Shown one piece after another: positions 35,635 through 48,799 of a stretch of DNA of 64,000 bases. Source of the DNA: Takakia lepidozioides (Eukaryota; Plantae; Bryophyta); NCBI GenBank assembly GCA_030704615.1, contig CM060731.1, positions 62,000,001-62,064,000 of the forward strand. Reading direction: 5' to 3'. The first letter of the stretch is position 1, and every line of letters starts with the position of its first letter. Both the position numbers and the translations under genes were made by a program. The notes beneath the pieces are model-generated. The model ran no database searches, was not told where the DNA came from, and was given only the letters and a program-made list of their open reading frames with translations.

Positions 35635-36127
35635 AGGAGGTTAGCTATTTCACGAGCATGAGCGGCATGAGCGGAGTAGCAAGAAAATCGGTTTCATGAG
35701 CATGAGTACAAATTTTGGAAATAAAAAACATTAAAAACATTATTTTAATGGAATGTATCAGAAAATAAAAATCAATATATTATTCATTGTTTGAAGGAAA
35801 AATTGTAGTTTTGAGAGTCGTGCTCATGATATTTCGTTTTCCACTCATGTGAATTCCGAGCAACATCTGCAAAAATGGCGTCGAATTTCACGGTAATAGG
35901 TTCTGGAACCGAAGAAATTTGCGACATATTTCATGGTAATACGTGTCTCCGGCGAAAAATGGTGCCGAGTTTTGCGGCTACAAGTCCCAACATGGTAGGT
36001 GTGTAAGCCTAAAATTTGGAAATGTGGCGCCGAATTTCGGTACATGGTGCCACGGATTGCACAGATGTTAGGGCAGTTTTGGGCCATGTAACTGGAAATT
36101 CGGCGCCATTTTTCTAGAAATGGCCCC
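35635..36127. mobile_element. DNA-transposon terminal region with subterminal repeats
   Basis: Repeated (c)atgag(c) motifs at 35650-35850. Repeated aaaaatggcg(t/c)cgaattt motifs in both orientations end in ..tttctagaaatggcccc at 36127. Confidence 0.45.
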
Positions 36128-36249
36128 ACAACTGCTATTGTTGGAACTCAGTTTTCTGGAATATTGTCTGTCTCATTCCAGGAGTTTGGGGGTGCATTTC
36201 ATTACACTGCAAAACAAAGTTTAATGCATCAAAATGCAATTGAAAATAT

Positions 36250-38890
36250 CCATATGGTGGATTCTCTTTGTCCCATCAATGAATTCTGGAATCCCGGTAG
36301 AGGAGTTTGTGCAGCTCGTTCACACTCAACGCTGATGCATGAATAAAGTCATAAATAGTCAAGTTCATCCTCAACCTCGGTAAATGTAATACAGATGCTT
36401 GCACGGATAATACTTTGAACCCTTTTTTACTTCCATCAACGAGAAGTCCGTACAATTGCAAGTCGGCTCCACTCCAATCGTAATTGTGTATATGTTGTCG
36501 CGTACAACTGAGCCGGCCGTTGCCATCCGATAAACACGCCCAAGGCCGGGTGGGGGTACGTCCACGGAGCTCTGAATAGTACAAGCCATCCCAAGAGTAT
36601 TGGCAATCCGAGTCTCATTCAACTTGTTGGGAAAGTGTCGTCTCTTCACTCTTCCGAATCGCATTGTGGGATGTGCAGAATTGTCCAATCCGTCTCTACT
36701 GGACCGAGCAGTCTGCAATGGCTGGGTCTGAGGAATTGGAAAAGCGTGGGCCGGGACGTCTGTGCGTTGCACCATTCAAAATCATGTTGCAGAAAGAGCA
36801 TCCGCCTCATTCTGAAAGAGGTTGCAACCCGGTGCAATAGGCCAGACACCCGGAGGCTCCAGCATCCCCTGAATCCCGTACTTGGGCTTGCCAAATACAC
36901 AGGTCATTATGTCGTGCCTACAGAACCAAAATGTCTGCGTTGTGGCGTGAGCAAATGTGGGGGTCAAAAATCTGCCGTTGAAACAAGGTGCCAGTACAAC
37001 ACCGTGTGGATTCCTCCGAATCATCTCACCATAGCGTGCTCTCGTATCCACCCGGATGGCGCAACACTTCCCTCGAAATGCCAGGAATATCCTTGCAATT
37101 CTCCACTGTGACTCCAACACTCTTGTCTCTACAATGGGTATGTTGTACTACGTTACTAGAGAGGGCTCGTTATGTTCCTCGGGCACGTGCCTTGTGCTCA
37201 AAGGAGATGGCGATCTTGAACATGCAGGACTTGCGGTGCTCGACGAGACCTCCTCGGGCAACATCATGGGACCACGAGGGAGCGTGCGAATATTTTTGTC
37301 AGCTCGCCATGAATCCTCTTCTCCGCCGAGTGCCTCGTCAAGTCTTCGTCTCACTGGACGGGTGTGAACATCTCATTCCAAGTGTTGGCCTCTTGGAAGC
37401 AATGGCGTGTCCCGAAGGCCCTCTCGCAAGGCTGCCGCCCACTTCCGAGGATTCTTCGATCTGGAGGCAGTCCGCATCAGCATTTCCCGCCTGTCCGGCC
37501 CCAAATCCCATTATTTCCCTTTCAAGAATTTGTTGTACCTGCATTACTACATAATTGACCTCACAATGTCCTCCGTTGTGGCAGTGAGGATGTCCACCAG
37601 ATGCGCCGCAGAGGAGGCACGCCAGGAAGAATGTACTAATTCGGCCATGTTTGTTGTCGGCATGTCGGTCTCGGAGTCGAGACACATTTCCTGCACATGC
37701 ACATGTTCAGGTTACAAGCAAGTTACAAATAATGAGTTAGCATAATATTCAACAGGACGCGAATTCGTTCAACTCACCTCCCGCATATAGTTGCCGAACT
37801 GGAGGAAACGATAATGCCACCATGCTAGCCAACTGACCATTGCTCCCTCGTCTGATTTCTTTACAGTACCTGACGTTGTCCACCAAGCCCATATACATGC
37901 AAACTGTGTCTCTGCATCATTTAAGGTGGGAGCACGCTTCCATGCAAGACACATGGAACGGTGCTCCTCTCTGAAATCTGGCGCCACGAGCCTAGTTGTG
38001 TACTGCGACAAGCTCCGAAGAAAATGGAACCCACAAGATCTCTCATTGTCTTTCATGGGTACATTGGGGTCTTCCCCGTACACCCTTCAGATTGCAGCCC
38101 AATTTGCTTGTGCGTCGTCCGCCATGAAACCACGAAAATTGGGAGGGGGCAATCCTGCCCTGGCCATCTGTTCGTTTATTCGCTGCCAAAGAAGCATCTC
38201 CGATTGTGTTTCCTCTCTTTTCATCTCACAAATAGCAATTGTCATTAGCATCCTGCAGTGGGTGTCGTAGACATGTGCACCCATTGTCACCCACTGTTGA
38301 TTTATAATTCGCTTGATATGGTCGAACATGACCCAACTGTTTGACAAATCCCCACTCGTCATCCGGTGGACCAGTTCGACGCCGCTGCCAGGCCCACATG
38401 TGGACATTTTGAATACAAAACAACGATCTGCCTCAGTCCCTTGTCCTGGAAACCTACTTCCATGAATGTAGTCATATCCAGATTGTCGCTTCACCTCCAG
38501 AATGGAATGCATATCCGAGCCACGCCCAATTCTCTGTTTGCAAGAAACAATGTGGTTTCGGACATTGGGTGAACAGACGTGGGACACTGACTCCAGCAAT
38601 GCCTCCATTTCCTACTCATCGAAATGAACTTTGTCGGAGCCGTCTTCCGACGTAATTCTGGCCAATGCCATCTTATGGGCGGCCTGCAGCTGTATCTGTT
38701 TGGGTTTGGCACCAGGTCTCAACTTAACCTCCTCCTGCACGAGCTGCTCTGCCTCATGGGCAGCCTCCCGCAAGTTCCCCCTCGCCAATTTGTGACAATG
38801 GGAACCAACGTGTATGCAAGCTCGTGTGAGGTCAGGGAAGCGGTGCAACACATATAACTGCTTGGGCATTACAAACAGACATGCAATGTG
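36250..38890 (-). mobile_element. Mutator-like (MULE) transposase with C-terminal SWIM zinc finger, pseudogenised and 5'-truncated
   Basis: Collinear ORFs separated by stops: WVMFDHIKR, FRGFMADDAQANWAA (second catalytic D region), SCGFHF (CxxH), TTNMAELVHSSW (E region), and SWIM TCNCTDF..PCKHLYYIY. The junction with GT92 copy B is at 38891. Confidence 0.75.
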
Positions 38891-38891
38891 G

Positions 38892-41844
38892 ATCAGAAAT
38901 GAATGTAGCTGCGCGGTGAACAAATTTACTTTTGACATCCTCCCACACCTGTGGGAAAAGGATTATGAGGGGAAAAGCCTCACAAGAAGGAAGACTAGAG
39001 ACATGAGGATAAGATGGGAAATGCATATATGTGGCAATCAAAATTTTGCATGCTACCTTTTACAAGATACTTTCATAGATTACCTGGTACTTGTAGTAAT
39101 GAACAACAACGTCACCAAGTGATGCCCGTACTTCTTGATATCCTTCTTTCAGATCAAAGTAGTGAACACGGCTACAAAGTGTCTGGGCCATCGCCTCCAC
39201 TCTCACTATTGATTTGACACGCTTTGGAGCTCTCATTCTGCAGACATAGTTTACCATCTGCCCACTACTGGGAAGACTGACAAATCCCGAGGGCCCAAAT
39301 GTGAAGCATGGCACCTTCAACTGCCCTAGTTGATCACCAACGGCGGTGTCATAATGGTCAAGCATAAGTTGTATGGGAGTGCTTGTCTTTGTAGAAGAGC
39401 CAGCATACTTGCCAACAGGAAGATTATAATGGGCTGTCCTGCCCTGGGTTTTCAATTCCTTTACCTGCACAGATAGCGCAGTTAGTCCATAAATTTGATG
39501 CTTTGTGTTACTTTCAAGGGTATTCACCTGGAACACCTCATTGCACTTTGACATCCAGCAATTTACAGAGCAGACCACACTATTCCCAGCACACAAAATG
39601 AATGATCTATTAAATGTCCCACACACAGCATCCTACCCATGTTGGATGAGGTATTAATAACATTGTACTGCCGAAATTGGATATATACTGCTCTGAATGG
39701 ACCTGGACAACATCAAATTTGACCTGAGGCTCCCGTGTAACAAATCTCATATGCATGTGAGGTTACATTCAATATGACAGAAAAAGTCTTTCTTGGACCT
39801 GACCAGCTGTTGCTGACAATTGGCAGGCTACCAGACCAATGGAAGTTCTCCTGTCAACAACAATATCAGGACAAACTGGAAGACGTGCGCCATAAGCCCA
39901 CTTGATTTTGACCTATTGGAAGCACAATCAGTATACAACACACCATCTCTTGAGAAACAATTCATGGCACAAATTTCATAGACATGTGTACCTTCAGCCA
40001 TCCACACCATCTCCTGGATTGACCTGGTTCCTACTAATGAAACTCCTAGGGAAGATAAATTCGTCAAGATCTAGGAAAGCCATCCAGTCACACACTGGCA
40101 TTGCCATCAGTGCGTAGTGAGAGAATCCTGCTTCCTGGGTCTTCAGCCACGGCCATGCATGTCGGGTCACATTGAATCTGGATTGCAAGTTTTTGATAAC
40201 CAGTTGAAGGTCGTCATCGCTGTTGTTATCGTAGATAGGAAATCTCTCCACACCCAGGTGGCCGTGGAAGATCACCCACTCCTTCAAAAACTTAGCCCCG
40301 TTCCAGACCATGGTACAGACACAAACCCTGCTCTTCTCTCTCTCCTGGAATTGGGTTTCATTGTTTGAGTCTATCTGTCTTGAGGTTCCTCTAAGAGGGG
40401 TAGAACCCCTAACTTTTCTGTTGCTACTGGAAGCTTTAACTGAAATGTTTTTCCTGGGGTTTATGAATTGATCCGGTCTAACGGAGGGGTAGTATCTTAC
40501 AACAGAAGGAAACACTGTGCCATTTATAATTAAGCTTATCATCTTCCCAACATAGGAGCTCCTTCCTTCATTAGGGGGCAAAGAACACCGGAAATTTTCC
40601 TGGCAACCCGCAGTCACTTTAGTGTGAACTCCATCTCCAAAAATGCATTCCATGTCCTTGGGGGCCACCCCCTTTTTCGTCTCCACAATTCCCTTTGCGA
40701 AAAGGAGGACATCTCTCTCATCTTCAAATTCTACCATGTTGTAGACCACTTTCTTCCAAAATATAAGCCCATAGTAAGCTTTGGAACTTTTCAAATACAA
40801 ACTTTTGGCCCCCCTACTAATCTCAATGCTCACTGGTTTCCCTTCCAAAGTTGCCTGCAAAGAATCCGCCGGATGCTCACACCGTACAGAGACTTGGACA
40901 CCACCTTAGTCTTCACATTACGATTATATAAACAGGCCATGTCCTCGCCAGTGTCTGTCTGAACACTGTTCCCCAGCAAAAGTGGGATTTATAAGCAGGA
41001 GAACGTGTGAGGGGAAGGAAACAGCAGCATGGATAAAGGAGGTTTCACTTATTTCCTCTTGGAAACGCCCCTGATTAGCACGGATTGACCAGTCCCTCAA
41101 CAGCTTCAGGCATCCTGAGCGTGCCCAGCACCCTGTGATGGAAACACAAGCAAGATTGTCACAAAATTTTCCAGGATATGTAAAAATGCAGGTGTATCAG
41201 ATGGGTGAACATGGAGTATGTGGATCTGACAAGAAACTGTCTCGCTCCAGGAATGTTCTGATGCTTTGTTCACTTACAAAATATCTGTAGACACCATACC
41301 AGCTGCCCTTTTAGGGAGCATCGAGCATAACATCACAACCTCTTGGTGACACATTTAGTAACGGGTAAAACGAGAGAGACGACAGACACTAGCAAATCAT
41401 CAGTGCTTTCTGAAATATCGCCTTGAGATGTTATGTTTATAGTTCACTACAACAGAGACTTTCAAGATCTCAAGTGCATTGGGATTGCTGTAACCATCCA
41501 TTTCTGGGTGTCAGTGCGTGCCCGTGTAAGAGAGGAACAGGCGTCCCAATTAAAAGAAGAAAAAACTTATGAAGAATTGGGATTGCTCTTGAGACACATG
41601 AGAACTTCAATTTTTTTAATTTTGACAAAAAGATTCTAAGCAAAGGGACCAAGCAATTCTACGTGCTTAAGGGTTTCCTCCACTCTCTTCCGCATGCATC
41701 ACGGCTGATCGAGGATTGAACAGAGTTGGACAGACAACCTCCGAGGATGTGGGCATTCCAGAAAAGCAACAGGCCCAACACCGCACCGCTCAACATTAGC
41801 AGAAGACGCACCGTCACAGATACACTCCACCAGGAGCGATGCAT
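38892..41844 (-). pseudogene. Glycosyltransferase family 92 gene, copy B (retains start/TM exon; frameshifting deletions; last exon truncated)
   Basis: Exon 1 is MHRSWWSVSVTVRLLLMLSGAVLGLLLFWNAHILGG. An 8-bp deletion (~40968) and a 7-bp deletion (~40894) bracket an in-frame TAA, and there is a 7-bp deletion near 39997. The 3' end is replaced by the MULE remnant. Confidence 0.88.
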
Positions 41845-43086
41845 CCATCGTGCCTGTCTCCCAACCTCCCCCTTCTCCCTCTCCTTCATCCTTCGCACCT
41901 GTTTCTAATGCAAACCCCAGTGGAAGCTTCGATCTTGGTGATTCGAGTGTTCCTGTTGCTGGAAAACAGGCAAAAGAGAATCTTTCCGGGACGAGCGAAT
42001 GTTGAAGCATTATCTTCAAGCCAAAGCCAAATAGTGTCAGATAGAAAGATAGCGAGAGAGAAAGAAGAGGCGGAGGGAGGAGAAAGGGGGCCGTTGTGGG
42101 GGAGGATAGACATAGCCGGGAGAGAGTCCTTACAACTTCACGTAGTTTTCCCAAGATCAAGTTTCAGAGCGCCAACTGCCAAGGATAAAATCTCTCCTCT
42201 ACTCTGCGCCCCGAAGGAAATGGTAAAAAAGAGAATGAGAGGGACACTAGCCGTGGGGGTCAGGTAGAAAGAGAGAGGTGCCCACGTTGGGCATATCAGC
42301 TGTGACAACACGAAATTGCACAGCTCTTCACCGGATCTGACCGCACATCACCTAATTGAAGCTCTGATACCCACCTCCCTCTACGGATCACTCTTCACAG
42401 AGTCCCAATTGCCAAGCTAACAAACTCTGGACCCATCTCCCGCAACGGATCTGTCTTCAAAAGCCATCTCTCGGACACCAGACATCTTGGAACCAACATA
42501 CGAAGGCACCTGCAGCTGACCATCAATTCAGTGCTCGTCATCTGCCGGCTAGCCAGTGCCCATTTCGGCCACCTCTTGCTAGACAATCCGAAGCAAAAGA
42601 ATTATTGTGGGCCAACTCGTCACCTGCTCCAAGACTCGGCTGCACTGTAACGTCTCTCTGTCACGCTCTGACCAACGAGAACGACGTTTCTCGACGGACG
42701 AAATCAGCTTCAGTGCCAAGTACGACGAACGAAACCTCGAACGAGATGTAGCCAAAGTTCGTTCCTGCAAAACTAACAGTGTGCGTAGTCGAACCTGGGA
42801 CGCCCTGGCCCATCCCTTGGAAACTAATTTAAAAATACATCGATTAAAGGAGGCTGGTGGATAAATGACCATGAACGATTGTGACGGCTTTTAAGTTATC
42901 CCATAATTTTTGCCCATAAAATCCCAGTCCCACCCCTGACGAGTCGCGTGCGAAATAGTAGATGAATATCGTGGATGATACGATAGATGCTGGGGCCTCT
43001 CTCTCAGAGGTTGGATGAAATTTAAGGCTTCTGCATGGAAGATGGCCTTTGTCCTGTCCCTTTTACCTTTTTTTTTAAAAGCGCAT

Positions 43087-43160
43087 CGGCTGGTAGCTCA
43101 GCTGGTAAGTGCACGGTGTGTCACCCTAGTGGTTCAGGGTTCAAACCCGCTGCCCTGCCC
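43087..43160 (+). mobile_element. tRNA-derived SINE-like head (degenerate)
   Basis: A box TAGCTCAGCTGG and B box GGTTCAAACCC at tRNA-like spacing. Acceptor and anticodon stems are poor. Confidence 0.55.
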
Positions 43161-43299
43161 CGTGTGTGGAATTGTTCCTGACGGTATGTCTGGGCGTTGG
43201 TCTACTGTAGGCCTCCAAACGACGAGTAGGAAGGCCTTGCAAAGAGAGAGAGTTGGCTGCAGCTTTGGTACGTCAGCCCATTGCACCAGAAGGAAGTCT

Positions 43300-43890
43300 T
43301 CGTGGTCAAGAAGCTCGACGTTGGAGTTCAACGTATGTGGGCAAACCACAAAGAGGCCACTATACGAACTGGTTTACAAATGAATTATGGCCTCCAATTG
43401 CCTTAGCCGTTAAAAGGCATAAACGCCTTGGGGTTGCACTCAAATATTTGCGTCTAGCTTACAGGTCGGTACTCTCTATCCAAACCATTTTTTCAAGAGT
43501 ATTTTTGTAGCACTTTCATTATAATATGTATCTAAGACTTCTTTTCTGGAACGTTGATGTAGGTTACCAGGGCAACTCACTGGTCCATATGAAAAATTAA
43601 GCAGGGGCTGCCTTTATGACTGGTTCACTCCTATTGGAGTATTGAAACCTCAATATGTGGAGAGTCAACAATCTTGGAGTAGATCCTCCCAACGCAAACA
43701 TGCTCTATCTACTGTACCAGATGTGGTAAGAGAATTATGTGAGTTGTTAAGAGCCATGAGAGCATATGGTCAATCTTTAAATGTTGTGATTGTTCAGCCA
43801 ATTATTGTAGGATTTCTCAGAGCTAAACACCACAGGTTCTAGGAAAGTGTCAGGTGTCTCTCAAATCGACACGGAAATTTATGCGTACCC
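43300..43890 (+). mobile_element. pogo/Tc5-like transposase N-terminal fragment, cut by an LTR insertion
   Basis: GHYTNWFTNELWPPIALAVKRH and VVRELCELLRAMRAYGQSLNVVIVQPIIVGFL resemble the HTH/CENP-B-type region of pogo-like elements. The fragment ends at the TG of the LTR. Confidence 0.45.
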
Positions 43891-45227
43891 TGTCATGGTT
43901 TTAGTCATGGTTATCTAGAATTACCTACTTCTAGTTAACTAGGACATTTTAGATATTTATATTTATATTTTGTGTGTTGGGACTTCATTTGGTCTCACAT
44001 GCCAAGTGAGGTGTCGAGCCTCACTTGAGACATGGAGATAGGTTTTCCCCTTGTGAGTGTTGAGGAGGCTCATCTTTTTGTAGTTGAGCCTCCATGAGCT
44101 TCTCTCACCTCCATAGCTCTAGGTATTGAGAAGGAGTGTGTTGAGGGCTTTGTAGGGTGGATTCCTTTAGGAAAGGTGCCCTTGGCTTGACTTAGTTTAT
44201 GTGATAGAGTGGATTTCATTTGGAAGGACTAGGGCTTGTTCTTCATGTGATTGCTTCATGCTTTGAGAGCTTTCATTGTCTTCTACTTCTCTCATTTCCA
44301 ATCTCTTATCACTACAAGCATAAGGTGATCTTCTTGTAGTGATAAGAGATTGAGAGCTAGGAGAATTCAGCTCTTGTATCACAAGACTTGCAAGGGGTTG
44401 CAAGGAAAAGTGCTCGAGTATTGCATGCACCAAGGAGTTGGAGAGCTTGAGAAGAAAGCTCTTGAGTCACAAGATTTTGCAAGGATTGTAAGGAGGAAGT
44501 CTTGTGTGTGTGGAAGCATGGATTCTAGGGTTTGAGAATCCTTTGTATGCATTATGGAGTCGATGGTGTGCGCCATGGCTTGTGGAGAGTGACTAAAGGC
44601 TTGTTAGTGCTCATTTCACTATCAAGCTAGGGTTAAGCAAGTTCAAAGTGTGGATGTTGTGGAAGAGAAGCCAAGGAGCTATATGCTTGGGCTTGAAGAC
44701 AACAAGGGCAAGCACTTGGAGAGCACTAAGAAGCTCAAGAGGTTTTGAAAGGGAGCATGTGAAGAAATCTTCCAATCATGGTGGTGTGGAGCCCAGCTTA
44801 GGGTGCCTTTGGAAGGGCTTGGAGAACATGTGGTGGGAAATCCTTGAAGGGAAATCATCATTCAATGTATGCATAGCTTCACTCTAACTATGTAATGTGA
44901 CAAGAGGGGGAGGCAATACTTGGCTATTCATGCTCTTGGTAGTGCGAGCTTTGTGGTAGATAGTTGACCAAGCAAGTGGTGCATGTGTGGAGCATGCTCG
45001 CTTGAGTTTGTAAGTTCAAGTTTGAGAAGGGGAGCTCTTGAACTAGCAAGAGGTAAAGGCCTTTGAGATCCATTTGTTTGTGAAGTGGAGAAATTAATGT
45101 TATGATGAAGGAGAGCAACACATAGGCCAAGAGGTCATGAAACATGCATTCAAATGACCACGAGGAGCACATGGATGATGGATTGGTGCAAGACCCCAAA
45201 TGAGGCATATGGCGTGAGAGTGGGATC
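43891..45227 (+). mobile_element. Long LTR (~1.3 kb) plus primer-binding site; internal region missing
   Basis: Starts TGTCATGG (43891) and ends ..ATGAGGCA (45207). TA is followed by TGGCGTGAGAGTGGGATC (45210-45227), a tRNA-3'-complementary PBS-like sequence. No second LTR was found. Confidence 0.6.
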
Positions 45228-45299
45228 CCTGGCCCGAGAATCACCCATCAGTGGCACATTCTCTAAGATGTATGCTGGAGATACAGCTTGATGAAGCTG

Positions 45300-47700
45300 C
45301 AAGGAGAGCCACTTGCAAGGCCTGGACATACTCAGCCTTGACCTCTTCATTATGGATTTTTTCTATGCGCCACTTCCGAATCGAACGTTTCACAGATATC
45401 TTGGTGTTGGGTAAAACACCTTTTGATCTCAGTCCAAACCAGGAAGTGGTCAGAGGTACCAGTATCAGTTCTGTCGCTCAACACATTGGCACTCTGGGGA
45501 AACAAATTTTGTCCATTATGATATAATCCATTATGGAACGTTCCCAGTTTGGGTTTTCTCACGATTCCACTACACTTGGTCACCTTTTGTCCTATTATTC
45601 AAGGTCAAAAGCTGAAGCTCTTCCAGACAGTTAATTAACCGTCTGCCATTGGCGTTCAGCTCGTCCTCACCAAAAGGCCCAATGATATCAGCCTGATGGA
45701 GACCTTCGCCCACCCCGGCATTGAAGTCACCCAGCACTAAGCGTCCCCTCTGTGGGCCTGTAAACACAACCCACAAAGAGGTCCTTCATACTCACGCCAC
45801 CCTTCAGTTTCAGTTTTAGCCAGATACTGTGCTGATACCTCAAACCCTTGTTGATAATTTCACAATTGTCAAACAAGAAATCATGGACAAAGAATCCAAC
45901 CCCTTTTTGACCGCGTTTGGCAGAGGCTGCCTTGAGAGTACACATCTTACCCGTCCATTTATAACCATTGACATCTCCAACCAATTTATTCAGCGTTTCC
46001 CATGTCTCTTGCCCAGCACAGATGTGAATGTCATTAGCCCGAAGAACTTGTCCCACTTCGAGTTGTTTCCTTTGGTTAGTCAGCCCTGGGAAGTTGAAAG
46101 TGCCCAGCCACAAGCCAACCTTTGCATGTGAATTGTTTGTTGTCTATGATTGCTCCTGGACGGCCAACCGTTTTGCAAAGGGCGGACAGTTACCGCGTGT
46201 GGAGATTTTGCTCGTCCTGTGTAAACTAAATCTAATCCGGGCCAGATGGACACCCTACATTGGCTAGCCAGATGTCGTCCCAGCAGGGCCACTCACAGAG
46301 GCCAGCTCACCTATCCTAATTCTAAACGAGTTGTTAACTAAAGACAACCCTAATTTAATGTAGCCCAACGGCGACTAACATAACGGCCTGCCCTGCCACA
46401 TCCGGTTTCCATCCATTCGAGCTCGCAGCAACAATACATCTAATTGTAACTAGAGTCTATCCATCCAAGCCAAAAAATAGGTGGTGGGAATCCAAGCTTC
46501 ACACCCTCAGGTAAAGTATGATGGCAGAAAAAGGGTATCATACATCCTCCCAACTAGCGCTTTTTTTTTACCAAAATCGCTGACCGGGCCACCTGTGGGT
46601 TCCACCTAGTGCCCATGTGGCGAGAATATCGAGGTAAGAAAGTTAGAAAAGTGGCTATATTCCAGGTGTCACGTTCTCATTGGTCCACGTCGGCAAGATT
46701 AGGCTCCTGAAATTTATCTCCTAGTGCTTTTTGGCGAAAATCGGATTGGTAAACCATTCTGAGTACCAAATCCTTCAGTTCAGATTGTCTGTATGACTGC
46801 TTGGGGACAATGACCCCGTGTATAGATTTTGCTCGTCTTGTGTAAACTTTGAGGATTGGTAAACCCTTCAGATACGCAACGTTCAAGTTCCGTATACTTT
46901 GGGGCAGATTGTCCGTCTGGTTGCTTGGATTCAACCTCATCCGGAGCATCAAACCGATAAGAAACTCTCAAGTTGAAGTCCTTGCCTTTGGTTGTCTTCC
47001 TAGAGTGCCCCATTGAATCACCAATGTCTAAAACTGCTCTCCAGCCAGTCAAGGGACGAACTTCTTTGAGATTGAATTGATGTGAGACTCTATTAGAAGC
47101 ATTTTGGGGCATTGCAACCTTCAAAGTACCGCTGTTATCAAGTCTTGAGATGGAACCATTAGCCATGAAATCCAAGCCTAAGCTAGAGCATGTAGTTTTA
47201 AAGGACACATCGTCCATCCTGGGATTCACCCCAAAAAATTATACATGAAGCCCTAGATTTGGCATAAGTAACCAATTCCCAGGAATCACCCTGGGAGTGT
47301 TGTTGTTGATAAGAAGTAAAGTATTGATTGATTTCGTAGGCTATAAGTTTAAGCACAAGGACCAACCCTAGCCCAAGTGCCGAGTATGCTAGACAGAGCA
47401 TATGAACTGCCCAATTTGGGCGGAGGGGCTGCCTCCGAGAGCAGTAGGGGTCCGCTTGTTACCATTCAGAGATCACACTCTAGGGAGCTACAGGGAATGG
47501 CCGGTGTAGGCATATTCTAAAGAGGGAAAGGCGCGAAACTTTCCAATTACATCCAATGCACTACCTTACCTGGAGCAAAGTGCTTTAGGTCGAAACAAAC
47601 AAAGGCTGACATTTAGTCACAGAGACATTAATGTACTCTCGTATCAAGTCCACCCAATGTCTTCCTAGAGGACAGGGAGACCAGCGAGAGTGGGAGAGAG
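45300..47700 (-). mobile_element. LINE 5' half (ORF1 remnants + APE endonuclease), 3'-truncated
   Basis: APE motifs LGTFNFPGL..DIHICAGQETW..GVGFFV..VGCVY, LVLGDFNAGVG..NANGRRLI, and TSDHFLVWTEI. Degenerate upstream ORFs lie at 46677-47229. Confidence 0.8.
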
Positions 47701-48438
47701 AGAGACACACACACTCCTTACGTCATGCAGTGACTTATGTAGACCAGTGAAGCATCACTGTGCTCTATCTTCTCAGTGTTCCATGCTTTAAGATGATTTT
47801 GACTAATTGTAGTCCTTAGTAAAAGTCCCACAGGTCTCTTTGTGGACTGCAAAGAATGTGGTCAAAATGTTGCTGCCTGGCTCAATTGCTGATGTTATGT
47901 ATTGGGTGTAAATGATAGAAAACTTGAAGAACCGAATGGGCAAGGGTGGGATGACTGAAGCCAAAATGCAGAAGACTCTCTGCCTAGTGACTGGTACTTT
48001 GGATTATGCAGACTTCCGTGATGTCGACATCGTCATTGAGGTTCATTTCTCTCATCTCTCGAGAAATTATGTTGTGATTGGTCTCTCCCTGATGCACTAA
48101 CTGATGGATATGCTTGGTGTTCTGGGGCCCTGGCATGGCAAGCAGTGATAGAGGACATTTCGTTGAAGCAAGGCATTTTTGTAGATTTGGAGAAGTACTG
48201 TAAACCCACCTGCCCGCTGGCCTCAAACACCTCCACTATTGATATTGGTGTCATTGGTGCCAAGACAAAGTCCCAGGACCGCATCATTGGGGCCCACTTC
48301 TTCAGGTCTGTAAGTGAAGAACCATAAAACAATTTTACAAAACTGCTCTCCACCTGGGTATCAAAATGTGGTCTGCTGCAAGTGAAATATGGTGGGTTGA
48401 TGTTAATGGCTTATGCCGACAAGAAGATGCATGTGGAG

Positions 48439-48799
48439 TGTTGGAGGTGTCAAGGCTATAGCCCTTGCACGGCACTTTGAGAACAGAACGGGACGGGTAG
48501 CTCAATGGTAGAGCACCCACCGGAATGGGGGAGGTCTTAGGTTCAATCCCTAGCCCAACCACACGCCAGTGGTTTTCCAACATGGTACCAGAGCCAAGGT
48601 TGTGGTGGTGGTCAGAATGGGTGGGCATTAGCTATTAAGGACCTTGAGGGGCAGCGTTGGAGGTGTCAAGGCTATAGCCCTTGCACGGCACTATAAGAAC
48701 CAAATGGGATGGGTAGCTCAATGGTAGAACACCCCACCAAAACGGGAGAGGTCCTAGGTTCAATCCCTAGCCTGATTGTGCGCCAGTGGTTTTCCAACA
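48439..48799 (+). mobile_element. Complete TRIM (miniature LTR retrotransposon) with a tRNA-like Pol III module inside each LTR
   Basis: LTR1 48439-48582 (TGTTGGA..TCCAACA), PBS TGGTACCAGAGC 48583-48594 (iMet-type), purine tract GAGGGGCAG 48646-48654, LTR2 48655-48799, and TSD TGGAG at 48434-48438 and 48800-48804. Each LTR contains TAGCTCAATGGTAGA and GGTTCAATCCC. Confidence 0.92.

Noticed and set aside
40890-40970. Compensating 8-bp + 7-bp deletions restoring the frame in GT92 copy B
   Set aside because: The shifted interval contains a TAA stop, and the copy has further lesions.
43087-43160. tRNA-Asp gene
   Set aside because: Only the A and B boxes are convincing and the stems do not pair, so it is more likely a SINE head.
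48490-48561. Functional tRNA genes at 48490-48561 and ~48706-48778
   Set aside because: Acceptor stems are mismatched, the anticodon loop is non-canonical, and both copies lie inside paired LTRs. They are treated as a TE-borne tRNA-like module.
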